DNA of 63,704 nucleotides, filler included, from Reticulomyxa filosa (lineage: Eukaryota; Protista; Foraminifera), in assembly GCA_000512085.1 (NCBI GenBank). It is 27 parts of 27 records of this genome, joined end to end, with 100 filler letters (N's around TTAATTAATTAA, not from the genome) between each part and the next. Parts side by side here need not be neighbours in the genome. Positions count along the whole stretch, not along the records: positions 21,505 to 26,182 come from ASPP01011449.1; positions 26,283 to 27,992 come from ASPP01026223.1; positions 28,093 to 29,314 come from ASPP01027980.1; positions 29,415 to 31,224 come from ASPP01003051.1; positions 31,325 to 33,528 come from ASPP01025657.1; positions 33,629 to 36,122 come from ASPP01013014.1; 21 more parts are not named here. One strand, 5' to 3'. Below, piece after piece: positions 23,359 through 35,909 of the stretch. Under the pieces are notes generated by a model. The model had not been told where the DNA came from. It saw only the letters and a list, made by a program, of their open reading frames with translations, and did not search any database. A program made the translations under genes and the position numbers. The number at the start of each line of letters is the position of its first letter. Within the stretch, counting starts at the first letter, position 1.

Positions 23359-25398
23359 TCACGCACTTTTTTTGTCCTCCCAACCAGCAACAAAAGATGG
23401 GATGTTGTACGAAGCAGGTAACAATTCCAGCCAGTGATGTATGACATCCTTTTGCACTTTTAAAATCTTTGTGTTCCTTTCACTTTTATGTTCACCTTTG
23501 TTATCAGTTTTGTGTTCATTTTGTGTTGCAGCAAGAAGAATGTCTTTCAGATGCAAGCCTCCAAAATACTGTACACACAATTTTTCCAGATTTCTAGCGA
23601 CCAAAAGAGTGCTTTCGGTTTTATTCATTGTTTCAAACTCAAATGACAAAGAGATATTCAACACTTTTTCACTCAAGTCGACACATTCGTGCCAACAATA
23701 TTTGGGTATATACAGTGTGTCTCCTGGCAATAAGACAATGCTATGGGCATTCACTTTGCCATGTCCTTTGTCGAACTCAATGGAATTTAGCATAGCAAAT
23801 GTATGCAAAGGATGATTTAAGGGATAATCGCTAATGCCAGCTTCCCCTTCTATCACAATCACCTGTTTGCATCCACTCACCTGGACATAGAGAGTGTCGT
23901 GCACGTTGTAATGGCAGCGTGCACTCTGCCCGCACATGCCTACATGCAACTGTTGTTTACCCAAGCTATTCCACTGCAATTGTCTCATTACATCCTTTAA
24001 CTCGTTCCACTGCCATTGGCGCATGTCATCCTCTGTTGCGATTGTTTCAAATACATCATTTTATATAAATATATACACACATATATATATTTGATTTATT
24101 TCAAAGATAAACACAAATAATAATAAAAAAAAAAGTAAACACCTAAATGATGGCAAGCTCCAAGAGGTATTTGCAAAGAATAGTAAATGATATCCTGTTC
24201 ATCTTTGGCAGTCAAGTTTTTGAGTTTGTAGGAGTCATGAAAAGGGACATTTTTGGCTTTCATGCTTGAGTAGCTGTTCGCCACTTTTTCGACAAAATCG
24301 CCAAATGGCATTTCCGTCCAATGCACGTGTTTAGTCCAGTCATTGGCACTTTGGCTTTGTATCCCTCGTGATTCGGGAGCCCTGTATCATAACCCAAAAA
24401 AAAAAAAAACAATTTTTTTAATTTTTTTTTTTTTTTTTTTTTGGGACAATATGAAAGATAGGACGAACAGACAACATCTTTGGTGCGACCAAAAGACTTG
24501 ACATTTATCATTTCCAAGACGCCTTGTCAAAAGCGACGAGTTCCACGTATAATAGCAGTGATGTAAGAAGGGCCACTTTGCAGACACGGGCGTGCGTCTT
24601 GCGACTTTGATTTTCGAGACCAAGTCGGAAGGCGAATTTGCGACGCAATGTAAAGGAAAGGGCGAGACATTAAGCATTGGAGACCTTTCATAGTGGGTGA
24701 CGAAATCCGTGCTGTTTTGTGAGCTAAGCACCGCATTTTGGAATTCCTCTTGGCGGAATTCCAATATCGGTGTTTCTTCGATAGCTTCGGATATCAACTT
24801 CTTTGATCTCGTTACAATCTCTTTTGTCTTCTCTTCTTCTTCTTCTTCTTCTTCTTCTTCTTCTTTTTCTTTTTCTTTTTCTTTTTCTTCCTTCACTTGC
24901 TTCACATTCACATTCACATTCACGTCGCTTGTCGCTTTGGACGTCTCTTTGGTTTTGCTTTTTTCTTTTGTCTGTGCTTGTCGCTGTGACGGTGGTGGGC
25001 GTGGTGATGATGACTGCTCTGGTGTTGCTTCTTTCGCTTTTTTGCGGTTTTTTTTTTTTCTTTTCCGGCTCATTTGTACTTGCGACTACCGCCGCCACTG
25101 GTGGCTGTTGTTGCTGTTGCTGCTTCTGTGTCTGTGTCTGGGTCTCTGTCGCTGTGGCCACTACGTCTTCATTACTCGTCGCTTTGCTTGTCTCGGTGCG
25201 CTGCTTTGCCAAGATTATAAGCCGGCCTTTCAACAGACTTTGCGACGCTTTTGGAACTTGTAGTGCGTCAAACGCTTCTGACACATCAGTCCACAGCTTT
25301 TCACTTGCCAATGAAATGAGAGTCTCTTCTTCTGCAGACACGGCAGGCCACAGCGGCGCCAAGTCTGGCTTCGACATAAAATAGTCTTTAAGAGACAT
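23359..25398 (-). CDS. JmjC/cupin-like (FIH/JMJD5-type) dioxygenase-domain protein with a long low-complexity N-terminus
   Basis: HYNVHDTLYVQVSGCKQV, YPLNHP, LLPGDTLYIPKYCWHEC, NISLSF. Several exons; homopolymer frameshifts near 25050-25060 and 24331. Confidence 0.78.
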
Positions 25399-26149
25399 TA
25401 TTATTCTCACAAAATTTTTTTTTATTTTAAAGTGGCACTTTTCCAACTTTATTCCTAAAACTTTAATATATCACATATGTTATCTACATGTCCTCTCTCA
25501 TTAAAAAACATCTTCAAATTTTAATCGCAAGGTATTTATTGGTTGCTTTCAAAATTGGCTTGTTCGCACTGTTTGATACTTGCTTTATGAAAAGTGATTG
25601 TTAGTGCATGTAATCAGATGTGTCGTTTGAGAAGCAAATGAGCTATTTCAGTAAGGATTTATCATTAAAAAAAAAGAGCAAAAAATTGCAAAAGAGTCTC
25701 TTTTTTTGGAAAGGTGTTAAATGGAGATTATACGTCCTTCTCAGAGTTTAAGGAAATAACTTGTAGAGATTAATGTACGGCGATAAAAAGTCTAACCAAT
25801 TGAAAAAACAATATTTTGGTGTAGTGAATAGCTTTGAAAAAGGAAGAAAAGCCAGAAACTCTTGTGAAAAAAAATCAATCAAACAAAAAGATCAAACGTT
25901 AATGCATTTCCAATATCAAAAAAAACTTCAATTACCACGCAAACAAAACGAACCAAAATGACCTTTGGATGCCCTGTAAAGTGTGGGAAGAGTGCTTATC
26001 ACGGTAATACAAATAGTTGATATAAAAAAAAAAAGAAAACAATTGGATTGAATGAAAATCAAGAAAGGAACAGTGAAAGTGCAAATTTGCGACCAATGTA
26101 TTTATAATTTTGCTTCCTCGTGGAAGTGAAGACTATCTCAAACAAACAA

Positions 26150-26182
<33 letters not shown>

Positions 26183-26282
26183 NNNNNNNNNNNNNNNNNN
26201 NNNNNNNNNNNNNNNNNNNNNNNNNNTTAATTAATTAANNNNNNNNNNNNNNNNNNNNNNNNNNNNNNNNNNNNNNNNNNNN

Positions 26283-27484
26283 TGAATGGTTTGCGTGATG
26301 CTGGCGATGGTCTGCGTCTGCACGTTCAGGCTGTCCAGCGCGGTAGCGGCGCCGCCGATATGGTCGGCGATGCCGCGGATGTCGTCGGCCGACTGGTTGA
26401 TCAGGCCGGCACAGTGGTGCACGGCGCCGTCGGCGTCGCGCGCTTCCTGCTCGACGAATCGCAATTGCTGCGCCAGCTGGTCGATGCTCTGCAGCACTTC
26501 TTCCACCGCCACCGCAATGGCACGCGACGCTTCGCTCTGCGCGTGTGAAGCCTGCTGTACGCCGTGGGCAGACGCGTTCAGCTGGGTGGCACTGCCTTGC
26601 ACCTGGCCGGCCAGGTCGCGGATGCGGCCGGTGATGTCGCGCAGCTTGTCCTGCATGTCAGACAGCGCACCCATCAGGCTGTTTTCACGACCAGCCGGTA
26701 CCCGCAGCGTATGGCTGAGGTCCCCGGCGGCAATGGCACGGGTCTGGCGCATGGCTTCCACCGGCTCGCCGCCCAGGCTGCGAAATACACGACGGTACTG
26801 CAATACACCCCCACTCAGCACCAGCACGATCATCAGGCCACCACTGAGCAGCAGGCTGGTCTGCGCGCTGCCGATCTGACCTTCGCTATCGCTGACCACC
26901 TGGGCCATGTTCTGCTCGACACGCTGCTGCAAGCCTTCCAGCTTCTTGGTCAAGGCCTCGGCACGTTCGTCAAAACCGGTACCCGGCGCCTTCATCAACG
27001 CGTTGCCGGCGTCACGACCCTGGTTGATGTACGCATCGGCCATCTGTTGGCCTACCTGATAAAAAGTATCCAGCAACTGGCGGGTAGCCTGCGCCTCGTC
27101 TGCGTAGGCGGCATCCAGCTGCTTCATCTCGTCCAACAGCTTCACCGCGGCCTGGTAGTGCTCTTTGGCGTCGCCAAAGCCATCGCGGTCGCCGGTTGCA
27201 CTGGCATCGGTCAGGAACTGCTGGATCTGCACGACATGAAAGCGCAAGTCAGCCATGCGGTCTACCAGACCGTCGGCCACCTGGTGTTCGTAGCGACTAT
27301 TGGCCATGATCTTGTTCAGGCCGATGGTCACGATGACAGTCTGGGCAATAGCCAGCAGGACGGTAATAGCCACAAAGCTGATCAGCAGCGGGCGCAACTT
27401 GCGGGAAGTAGAAAGGGACATCGGCAACTCTGGCGGGTGAATTAACCCCGCTATTTTGATGGTTTTGGCCGCAGGGCGCTTCAT
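26283..27484 (-). CDS. Bacterial methyl-accepting chemotaxis protein (3'-partial)
   Basis: GC-rich contig. TM1, four-helix sensor (VVQIQQFLTDASAT), TM2, LGGEP...IAAGDL HAMP, then the start of the MCP signalling helix. An alternative start lies at 27421. Confidence 0.92.
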
Positions 27485-27692
27485 CTATCCGTTGCCTGTT
27501 TGATCTGCCCCGTATTTCTATAAATAAAACTAACCGCAAGCACTATGCATTCACTATGTACGCAATCCGACAATGCCATAAGCATTAGCAGCAATTACCA
27601 AGCAGACGCCGCCACCAGGCAAAAGCTGCCACGCTTGGCGCTGGCAACGGCGGCGCAGCGCCGCCGCATGACATTTCAATGCCACAAACCGC

Positions 27693-27992
27693 CTAGGCGT
27701 GGTGCAATGTCTGCTTTACGCGACGCATACCCAGCCACACCAGCAGCGCCACCAGCGGGATGGCCAGCCCGGTCAGCAGTTCCACCTCCAGATGCAAACC
27801 CGCGCCTTGCCGGCCTTGAACAGGTAGCCCAGCAGACCCACGGCGTAATAGGTGAGGACAGCCACGGACAGGCCTTCTACGGTTTCCTGCAACCGTAGCT
27901 GCAAGCCGGCACGACGGTCCATGCTGGCCAGCAAGGCACGGTTCTGTTCCTCGTGCATGACCTCTACCCGGGTGCGCAGCAAGGCGGTGCTG
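27693..27992 (-). CDS. Bacterial DUF3422 family membrane-anchored protein, C-terminal fragment
   Basis: LLRTRV....EEQNRALLASMDRRAGLQLRLQETVEGLSVAVLTYYAVGL is typical of DUF3422. One frameshift near 27805 precedes the last TM helix. Confidence 0.85.
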   Translation of the reverse strand, partial: QHRLAAHPGRGHARGTEPCLAGQHGPSCRLAATVAGNRRRPVRGCPHLLRRGSAGLPVQGRQGAGLHLEVELLTGLAIPLVALLVWLGMRRVKQTLHHA

Positions 27993-29039
27993 NNNNNNNN
28001 NNNNNNNNNNNNNNNNNNNNNNNNNNNNNNNNNNNNTTAATTAATTAANNNNNNNNNNNNNNNNNNNNNNNNNNNNNNNNNNNNNNNNNNNNTTGGAAGT
28101 AAAAATGGCAACATCCAAATAGTTTGCTTTTTCGCGTGTTTCTCCAAGCCTTTATGAGAAAAGAGCTCTTCCTTCTTAATATTAAAAAAAAACCCCTTTG
28201 AACTTTCCTAAATTTAGTGAATGATATACCGTCTCACTTTTGCTTGCCAGAAAAGCACTTTTGTGCCATGATAAAACACAGACGATTACTGATAATTCCA
28301 AAAAGAGATTGAAAAGTTTCCAACGAAAACATAAATTTAGCCATTTAAATGAAAAATTTTTAAAAATCTAAAAAAAGACAAAATTAGTATAGAAATAAAA
28401 GTAGAGTGAAAATAATCGAGTCTATCCAAAAACGAGACAATAATAATAATAATAAAAAGTGTTATCAAAAGAAACAATAATGACAAAAATATAATATAAA
28501 TTTGCATTACATTTTTGTATATCAAAAATGTAAGTGAAGCTATCATAGAATAAGTATATATTTCTTTGTTTTTTATTTTTAAATTTTGAGATTGGAATAT
28601 CTAGTCATTCCCTGATATTTCCAAAATGCAAAAAAAAGATTTGAATTGATGGAAAAAAGAGGCAGCTGCCTGACACTTAAAAAAAAAGTACATTATAATC
28701 TAAAAATTGAGGAGTAAAACGCTTTCCTTTATATTTTATATTGAATAATTCAAACTAAAATTCCATCTTGAGTAATTTTGAATTTAAAGATTACTTATTT
28801 TTTTTGCATAATCTATTCATTATCCAAGCACACATTGCTTGAAATAAATAAATTAAAAACTTCAAAAGATTTTTTTTCCAAATTAAACATTATTTGGATA
28901 CATTATTCGAATACTTGAACCAAAAAGAAAGATAATGATATTTTCATTGCTATTCAAGACAATTTTTTTTAATAAAAACAAACGAAATAAAATTATTAAA
29001 TAAGTATTTCAACTGATTTGTAAATAATAATATTATTTA

Positions 29040-29190
29040 CCAATTTAATGTTTTTGTTTGTTGGACAAAACACAAGAAATACAACAATTAAAAGGACATG
29101 TTGGTTCAATATTAGGTATTGATATATCGCAGATGGAAATATTATTATATCTTATTCTTCTGATGCAACAATTAGAATATGGGAATAACA
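29040..29190 (+). pseudogene. WD40 repeat remnant
   Basis: QEIQQLKGHVGSILGIDIS.DGNIIISYSSDATIRIWE with a frameshift. Confidence 0.7.
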
Positions 29191-29474
29191 AGATCTAACT
29201 CAAATAAATTTCCTTTTTTCTTTTTTTTTTGGAAATTCAAAATTGGATGAGTAAATGCCATACAAAAATAAAAGATAACAAAAAATGCAAACAATGCAAA
29301 GTACATGCGATAACNNNNNNNNNNNNNNNNNNNNNNNNNNNNNNNNNNNNNNNNNNNNTTAATTAATTAANNNNNNNNNNNNNNNNNNNNNNNNNNNNNN
29401 NNNNNNNNNNNNNNATACATATACATATACATATACATATATGTATATATTAGTTTTTTAAAAAAAATGAAAGT

Positions 29475-31224
29475 GTTTGTAATAACTAGAAGCCTGACAA
29501 TGGGGATAACACAGAGAATAATATCAAAGGAACGCACTTGGGAATGCATGTCGACGCGACGGATCTTGAAGCCAAATAGGAATTGATGGTCGACAAGTTC
29601 GGGACACACAAACACGGGACTCTTTTTGGAAAGGAAGTTAAAGTATCTCTGGATTTGTTCATTGGACCTCTCCTTGTCCATTTTCACCGTGTCGGCTTTG
29701 ACACACTCCAAATGAGCACACTCCAGATTGGTCCAGTCGGTCCTCGCGTCAATGATCTTATACTTCTTGTCCGTGGTCCTCGCGCCCGTATAAGCTTGGG
29801 CAATCTCGTTCACCTGTTGACACCACGAGTACTGTTTTGTTTCGGATATCATGTAATGCATCATCTTGTCGCACTGCAGTCGTTTCGGTATGTTGGACTT
29901 TTGAATGCTACACGTTTGCATTGGAACGCTTGTTCCTCTTTGATTACCTTTCCATTCTTCTATAAGCAGTTCGATATGCCATGACTCTTCTTCTTCTTCT
30001 TCTTCTTCTTCTCCTTCTTCTTCTTCTTCTTCTCCTTCTTCTTTTTTTTCTTCCTCTTCCTCTTTTCTTCTTTTCTTACTTTGCTTCGATGCCATCACAT
30101 ACTTTGCTCTATCGTTACCATTTGCACTTGCATTTGTACTTGAATTGCTTGACAGTGCTGTACCACTCGATGGCAAAGAAGTCACGATTCTAGGTAGCAA
30201 GACTGATGCGATGCTTACCTCCGCCGGCCTCGTCCTGAACACATTTGAATTGGGTCCGCTCACGCTCTCCAAAGTGACCTGTGTGCTGCGACTGTGCGCG
30301 GGCGCGAACGAGTTCACTGCAATTATCGGTGGTCGTTCCGCGTTCTTTGTAGGCGCTACACACGGGTTTCCTCGTTTATACTCGTCATTGCCGTGTGCGT
30401 TACTCACTTTGTCATTGGCCGTTGTGACAGTGGCGGTGTTACTATTGCTATTGCTATTGCTATTGTTATTGCTATTGCTATTACTATCAGCATTAGTATT
30501 ACCATTGGCATTGGTATTACTATTTGTATTGATATTATCATTTGTGTTAGTATTATCATTTGTGTTAGTATTACTACTTGTATTAGTATTACTACTTGTA
30601 TTAGTATTACCATTTGTGTTAGTATTACTATTTGTATTATTGCTATTGGTATTACTGTTGCTATTAATATTGCTTCGGCTATCATCATTCTTTTTGTTCT
30701 TACTCGCAGTGCTGCTTTCCATTCCATTTTTGTCATTCACACTTATATTATTTGTGCTTGTGTTATTCATAGCACTGTTGGCTGTACTCTTATTGCTTGC
30801 TTTCTTGTCAGCGTTATTACTTGGGTTATTGTTCACACTGGTCGAATTGTCATTGTTTTTGTTATTATCAATGTTGTTTTTATTATTGTTATTAGTATTA
30901 TTATTAGTATTGTTTGTATTGTTTGTATTGTTTGTATTGTTATTGTGAGCATTATCAGTAGGAATAGGACGAGATCGTTTTCCAATGGGCAAGTTCCGAA
31001 TATGGGTTAAAAGCGGATTGGGCGCAGAAGAGATGTCGGGGACTGATGGAATAGTATCATTTATACTAACTCCATTACAAATCGGCGTTGGGTTTAGTAC
31101 ATTCGAATGTTGGGAGGCCAACGGCCGAGGTTCAGGAACATTGATTTTGGTCTTCGTCTTGGTGTTGGTATTGGTATTGATGTTAGTGTTAGTGTTAGTG
31201 TTAGTGTTAGTGTTAGTGTTAGTG
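29475..31224 (-). CDS. Asn/Thr-rich low-complexity protein with a globular C-terminal domain (partial)
   Basis: Open frame of more than 580 aa with (NT)n, (NS)n and poly-E tracts, then about 170 aa of complex sequence. Confidence 0.75.
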
Positions 31225-31349
31225 NNNNNNNNNNNNNNNNNNNNNNNNNNNNNNNNNNNNNNNNNNNNTTAATTAATTAANNNNNNNNNNNNNNNNNNNN
31301 NNNNNNNNNNNNNNNNNNNNNNNNCAATGAAATACACAATTTTCTTTAC

Positions 31350-32367
31350 TGGTTGTGTAAACGGCGTAGTTTCAAAAAGGTCATTTTTGACAGCATAATT
31401 GAAACTTCTACTTTCGCTTTCACTTTCATTTCCATTGGGGAGCGAACTCGCTTTTGGCTCTTTTATTTCATCGTGGTCTTCATTGGCAATATCCACGCGT
31501 ATTGTGTGGTGAGCCACTGCGGCATTGTCATTGGCGCGGTTCTTTTTTGCATGTTCTTTGAATTGTTGAATTTCCCACAGGCGACGAAATGTCATCACAT
31601 AAATGAAGAACAAGAAAATATACGATATCCATTCCACTCCTTTGCCACCTAAAAATTGAAACCAAAATTTCTGTTTTTTTATTTTTTTATTTTTTATTTT
31701 ATCGTATTACACTTTACATTCAGTTTCACTGATTGGTCGCGGTTTGTGATTGGGTGAGGCAGAAACAATGTTTCAAAAGAATTACTTGTATCCAACACCA
31801 AGCACCTGCAGACGATCCACCAAAGGTGATCGGCTCATTGCTCACAGTGCTGTCGATGAGAGCAATGGCTACGACTATTGCAAGTGGGGTCAGCCAGCAA
31901 ACCACGCTAAAAATTCGAAATAGCTTTTCGCGATTTCTCATCCACTTTCCTTGATTTGCCGCTCCATATGCATATAAACCGATGCAATCGGTCCATAGAA
32001 ATGATGCCACCGGAAAGTAAATGGTTAAGAGTGTATACAATTCTTTTTTCCAATAGGCACACACACATCCGGGACAGTTCAATACACTTATCAAGTAGCC
32101 GAGTGCTGTGCATGCATCTGCGATTGATAAATACTTGTTCATTCATTGTTCCAATGGCACGGTCCACAATACCCGAACATTGAAACAAAAAAATTAACAA
32201 AATCAACCCTTCCATGGTCCAAAAAGCAAAAAAAAAAAAACTAAAGAATTTACCACCAACAATTTGCGGGCCGGCTTTCGGAGTTTTGGATAACATACAT
32301 AAGTTCCAATGATACTTCCGCAGCCAATCAACGAAAAAATACAACTGACAACTGCAACGTGCTCCAT
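31350..32367 (-). CDS. cAMP receptor-like / GCR1 / GPR157-type GPCR (3'-partial, at least 2 introns)
   Basis: SLIGCGSIIGTY..YPKLRKPARKLLV|YLSIAD, YFPVASFLWTDCI, VCW..P, AGAWCWI. Confidence 0.88.
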
Positions 32368-32586
32368 AAAGAACCAAAAGTTCAATGATGAAGGGCTCCT
32401 CAATTATTTTTTAACCAGCAACAGAAGTACAAATTTGAATATTATTTATTAATATCGTCTGAGATCACATTGAACTGTTTTTCTCCAAAAAAAGGAAGTA
32501 CTCTTGCGTTGCAAGTAAAATTTCAGAAACGATTTGGAAAGGCACGAGCTTTTTTTTTGTTTTGTTGACCCTTGACAAAGCAAAGG

Positions 32587-33450
32587 ATGGGGCTTCGCTC
32601 TTCTAAAAATGGGGATAATGTCCTGACACAAGAGCAAATAAAGCACTTGGAAAAAATTTTGTTGTGTGCATGGACAATCCAAGCGACAAGGAAATGGTTT
32701 GAATACCATCTGCGTGTACTGTGTTTGGAGCACAAAGAGTGGGCAATTTTTTTGGAACAGCCAAATATGAGTTTGATGCAGAAGCTATTGGATGTGCTAA
32801 GTGAAAAATATGGGGTGGACGGATTGGGAGTGAGTTGTCTGACATTGGTACTGTTTGAAAAAATGGTGAACGAAGTGTTGACAAATTGGACACCAGAGAT
32901 AAGCAATAAGAGCAAAACAGACAGCAAACAAGTGAAAAGTGATTTTTCAAAGCTATGTAACACAATGTTCGTAAATGACGTGCAACGTATACAAAAGCAT
33001 TACAAAGAAGACTTTCCAGTGATACATGAAGCCAAAGAGCAAAATGAGCCACTATTGGAAATGTTGCAAAACAACGCAAAAGAAAACAACCATAAGGAAG
33101 TGTTGGAGCAGTATCATAAGCAAACGCAGCATGGGATAGGATATGCGTCAAGAGCATTATCACGATCATGGTTAATGCAGCCAACGACTTGCAAGCGTTA
33201 CTACGGCATGACACCATTATTGCATCTATCAAAATTTACGATCAAAGGCGCGCCCATCGAGTCCAATGTCAAATCACAGACGATCAACAAGTCATTGTTT
33301 ACAATTTCCAGCAACACCGCAGCACCTTTGGACTGGACACATATATCGAAGTTGTTGTGGTTCGGCGCTTGCGCCTCTGGCAGAAAAGACAATGACCAAA
33401 TTTTAAGGCATCCATTCAGCGCTTGGACCAAGCGCGTTAATGCAAGCAGG
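32587..33450 (+). CDS. Hypothetical protein with a putative N-myristoylation start (MGLRSS), 3'-partial
   Basis: ORF of about 290 codons up to a probable GT donor; MGxxxS motif. Confidence 0.6.
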
Positions 33451-33488
33451 TTTAAGCGTACATCAATTATTCATTATTTTATTCTGTT

Positions 33489-33528
<40 letters not shown>

Positions 33529-33705
33529 NNNNNNNNNNNNNNNNNNNNNNNNNNNNNNNNNNNNNNNNNNNNTTAATTAATTAANNNNNNNNNNNNNNNN
33601 NNNNNNNNNNNNNNNNNNNNNNNNNNNNTTTTTTTTTTTTTTTTCCTTGCTCCTTAAACTTTTTTTTTTATGAGATTGTTTTTTTTTGAGGATAAGAGAA
33701 AATAA

Positions 33706-34366
33706 ACTGCAAAATATCGCTTTCCGCGCACACTGCCGTCAGACTGCCCAATTGAACCGTCAGTCAATTCTACACCATACCAAAGTCCAGAGCCCAACTC
33801 GGCAATTTCACCAACGTATCGGACAATACCCATACGATCTTTTGACATCAACACTTCATCGCCAATTGCATATAAAGGCTTCTCTTTCACCTTCAACATT
33901 GTTTTTCACGGTATTCGTTCATTTAGCAAGGAGTACCAAAAAAAACAAAAAAACGTACACCAAAAAAATAAATTTTTAATTATACTGCTTCTTTGATTAT
34001 TTCTGGCTTTTCTTCGACTTTGGGCGACTTTTCTTTTTCTTTCTCTTTTTCTTTCTCTTTTTCTTTCTCTTTGCCTTTTTCCTTTTCTTTCTCTTTTTCT
34101 TTGTCTTTTCCTTTTTCTTTTTCTTTTTCTTTTTCTTTCGTGTCGTCGTTTTTGGGCTTTGGTTTGTCAGTCTTTCCATCCTTTTTATTGGAGCTTTTCT
34201 CAGCCTTACTTTCATCTGCACTTAAAACCGCTTTTGCTTGCTCCAAAGTAATTGGTTTTAATTCTTTGTTTCCTTTGACAAATGCCGTCAAAGCTGCGGC
34301 ATCCTTTGGCTTTTTGCTGTGCTTGTCTTCATATGCTTTCAAAGCTTTACTTGCTGCGTCAGTCAT
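33706..34366 (-). CDS. CAP-Gly domain protein with KE-rich linker (3'-partial)
   Basis: IGDEVL....RMGIVRYVGEIAELGSGLWYGVEL....GQSDGSVRGKRYF is the CAP-Gly consensus. Confidence 0.92.
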
Positions 34367-35909
34367 TTTTTACTTTTGAAATCACAAATTATGTACACTT
34401 TTTTTGTAGAACTTAGGCGCTATGTAACTCTTCTTTAAAAGTCTTTTTGTTGTTTATTATAACAAAATTTTATTTAGAAAATTGATTACCAGAGTTGCAA
34501 TGGAAAACACTAAGTTTAATTATACCTCCTTTGGTAAAAATAAACAAAATTACTGCGTCTCAGAAAAAAGGAACAGCACGAATAAAATTAATCTTAAGAC
34601 AAATGTCAGAGAAATCTTCAAACTCATGCTAACCAGTGTGGAATGTGTTGTCACGTTTTGGGATCTCATTCATAAAGATCACTGTCTAGTCGAAGATAGA
34701 CAATACGTTTAGACTCGACATGAAAAACATTAAAAGAACTTCCACTTGGAAAAAATTGTGAATTATTTGGAGAAGTTAGTGAGCAATACGTTGAGTGTAC
34801 GTACTTTTCAACTTGTACATATCAAATTTAGAAATAATAAGTTTATTGGCATAACTAGAATATTTGATTCGAATAGTTTGCACATTTGGACATTAGAACA
34901 ATATGCAATTGTATTATGAGTTATTTGAATTTTGTAATCGAAATAATATCGCAATATACATGATGTGAAATTGACATATTATTGAGACTAACACTACACT
35001 AATTTCATAGAATCATATTAACATCATATACATCTTGTATATGTTAACATAAATATAGTATAATGCAAAAGAAAGTTGAAACATAAAATAGCACATTATA
35101 TAGATAATTAATTTATCAATGAATTAACAACATTTAGACTTAATTTTTTTCATTTTAAAAAAATTTACGAATTTTAAATTTTTTAAATATACAGCAGCTT
35201 GAAAAAAAACATTAAACATAAAATGCTATCTTTTAAATAAAGCTATCTATGTTAAACAATTTTTTCCTTTACAATTCGAAAAATTTTTTTACCTCATTGA
35301 CTTTCATTTGGTGTCAATAATATCTTGCATTTGTTTTGGTATTTATTCAATTAAGCTTATATGTCTTTTTTACATTTTTTTTCAAATTTTTTTATAGATG
35401 TTTTGATTTTTTTATTTGATCACATTTGTAAAGTTTTTCTTTGATTATTGAATATATTATGAATTTGGACTTAATCGCATTCATTTTGTTTTGTTCAATC
35501 CACTTATTTACTGATTTGCATTTGTGTCATTTGCGTTATCTTGCAAAAATAATCAATCTCTATATTGTATAAACAATATACATTAGGATAAAAAAGAAAG
35601 CTGACACCTAAAATGCCAACTTATAGAGATTATTGTGTTTTTCAATGAAAAAAAACATTTAATCAAATTTTTTAAAAATATCTACGAATCGTGTAGTTTC
35701 TAAATATCATTTTGGTTTTTTATTAAGTCTTTAAAATTTTTTCAAAAATTTTAATCTTTCATTTGATTTTATAAAATTTTAAAAAATATTGTCAAATTTC
35801 ATGACTACGAGAAAAACACTATTGTCAACTTTTTTTAAGACTTACCTTTTTTTTTAGGTGTTTTGTCATTTTGATTATTTTGTTGCCGAAATGTTGATTG
35901 GCAACAATT

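Noticed and set aside
26286-27445. Long plus-strand ORFs over the bacterial contigs (also 55053-56084)
   Set aside because: Antisense shadows common in high-GC DNA; the minus strand carries the recognisable proteins.
30145-31010. Long Leu/Val/Ile-rich plus-strand ORFs (also 24697-25384, 17784-18389, 33993-34379, 53912-54205)
   Set aside because: Antisense or off-frame shadows of N/T/E/K low-complexity coding repeats.
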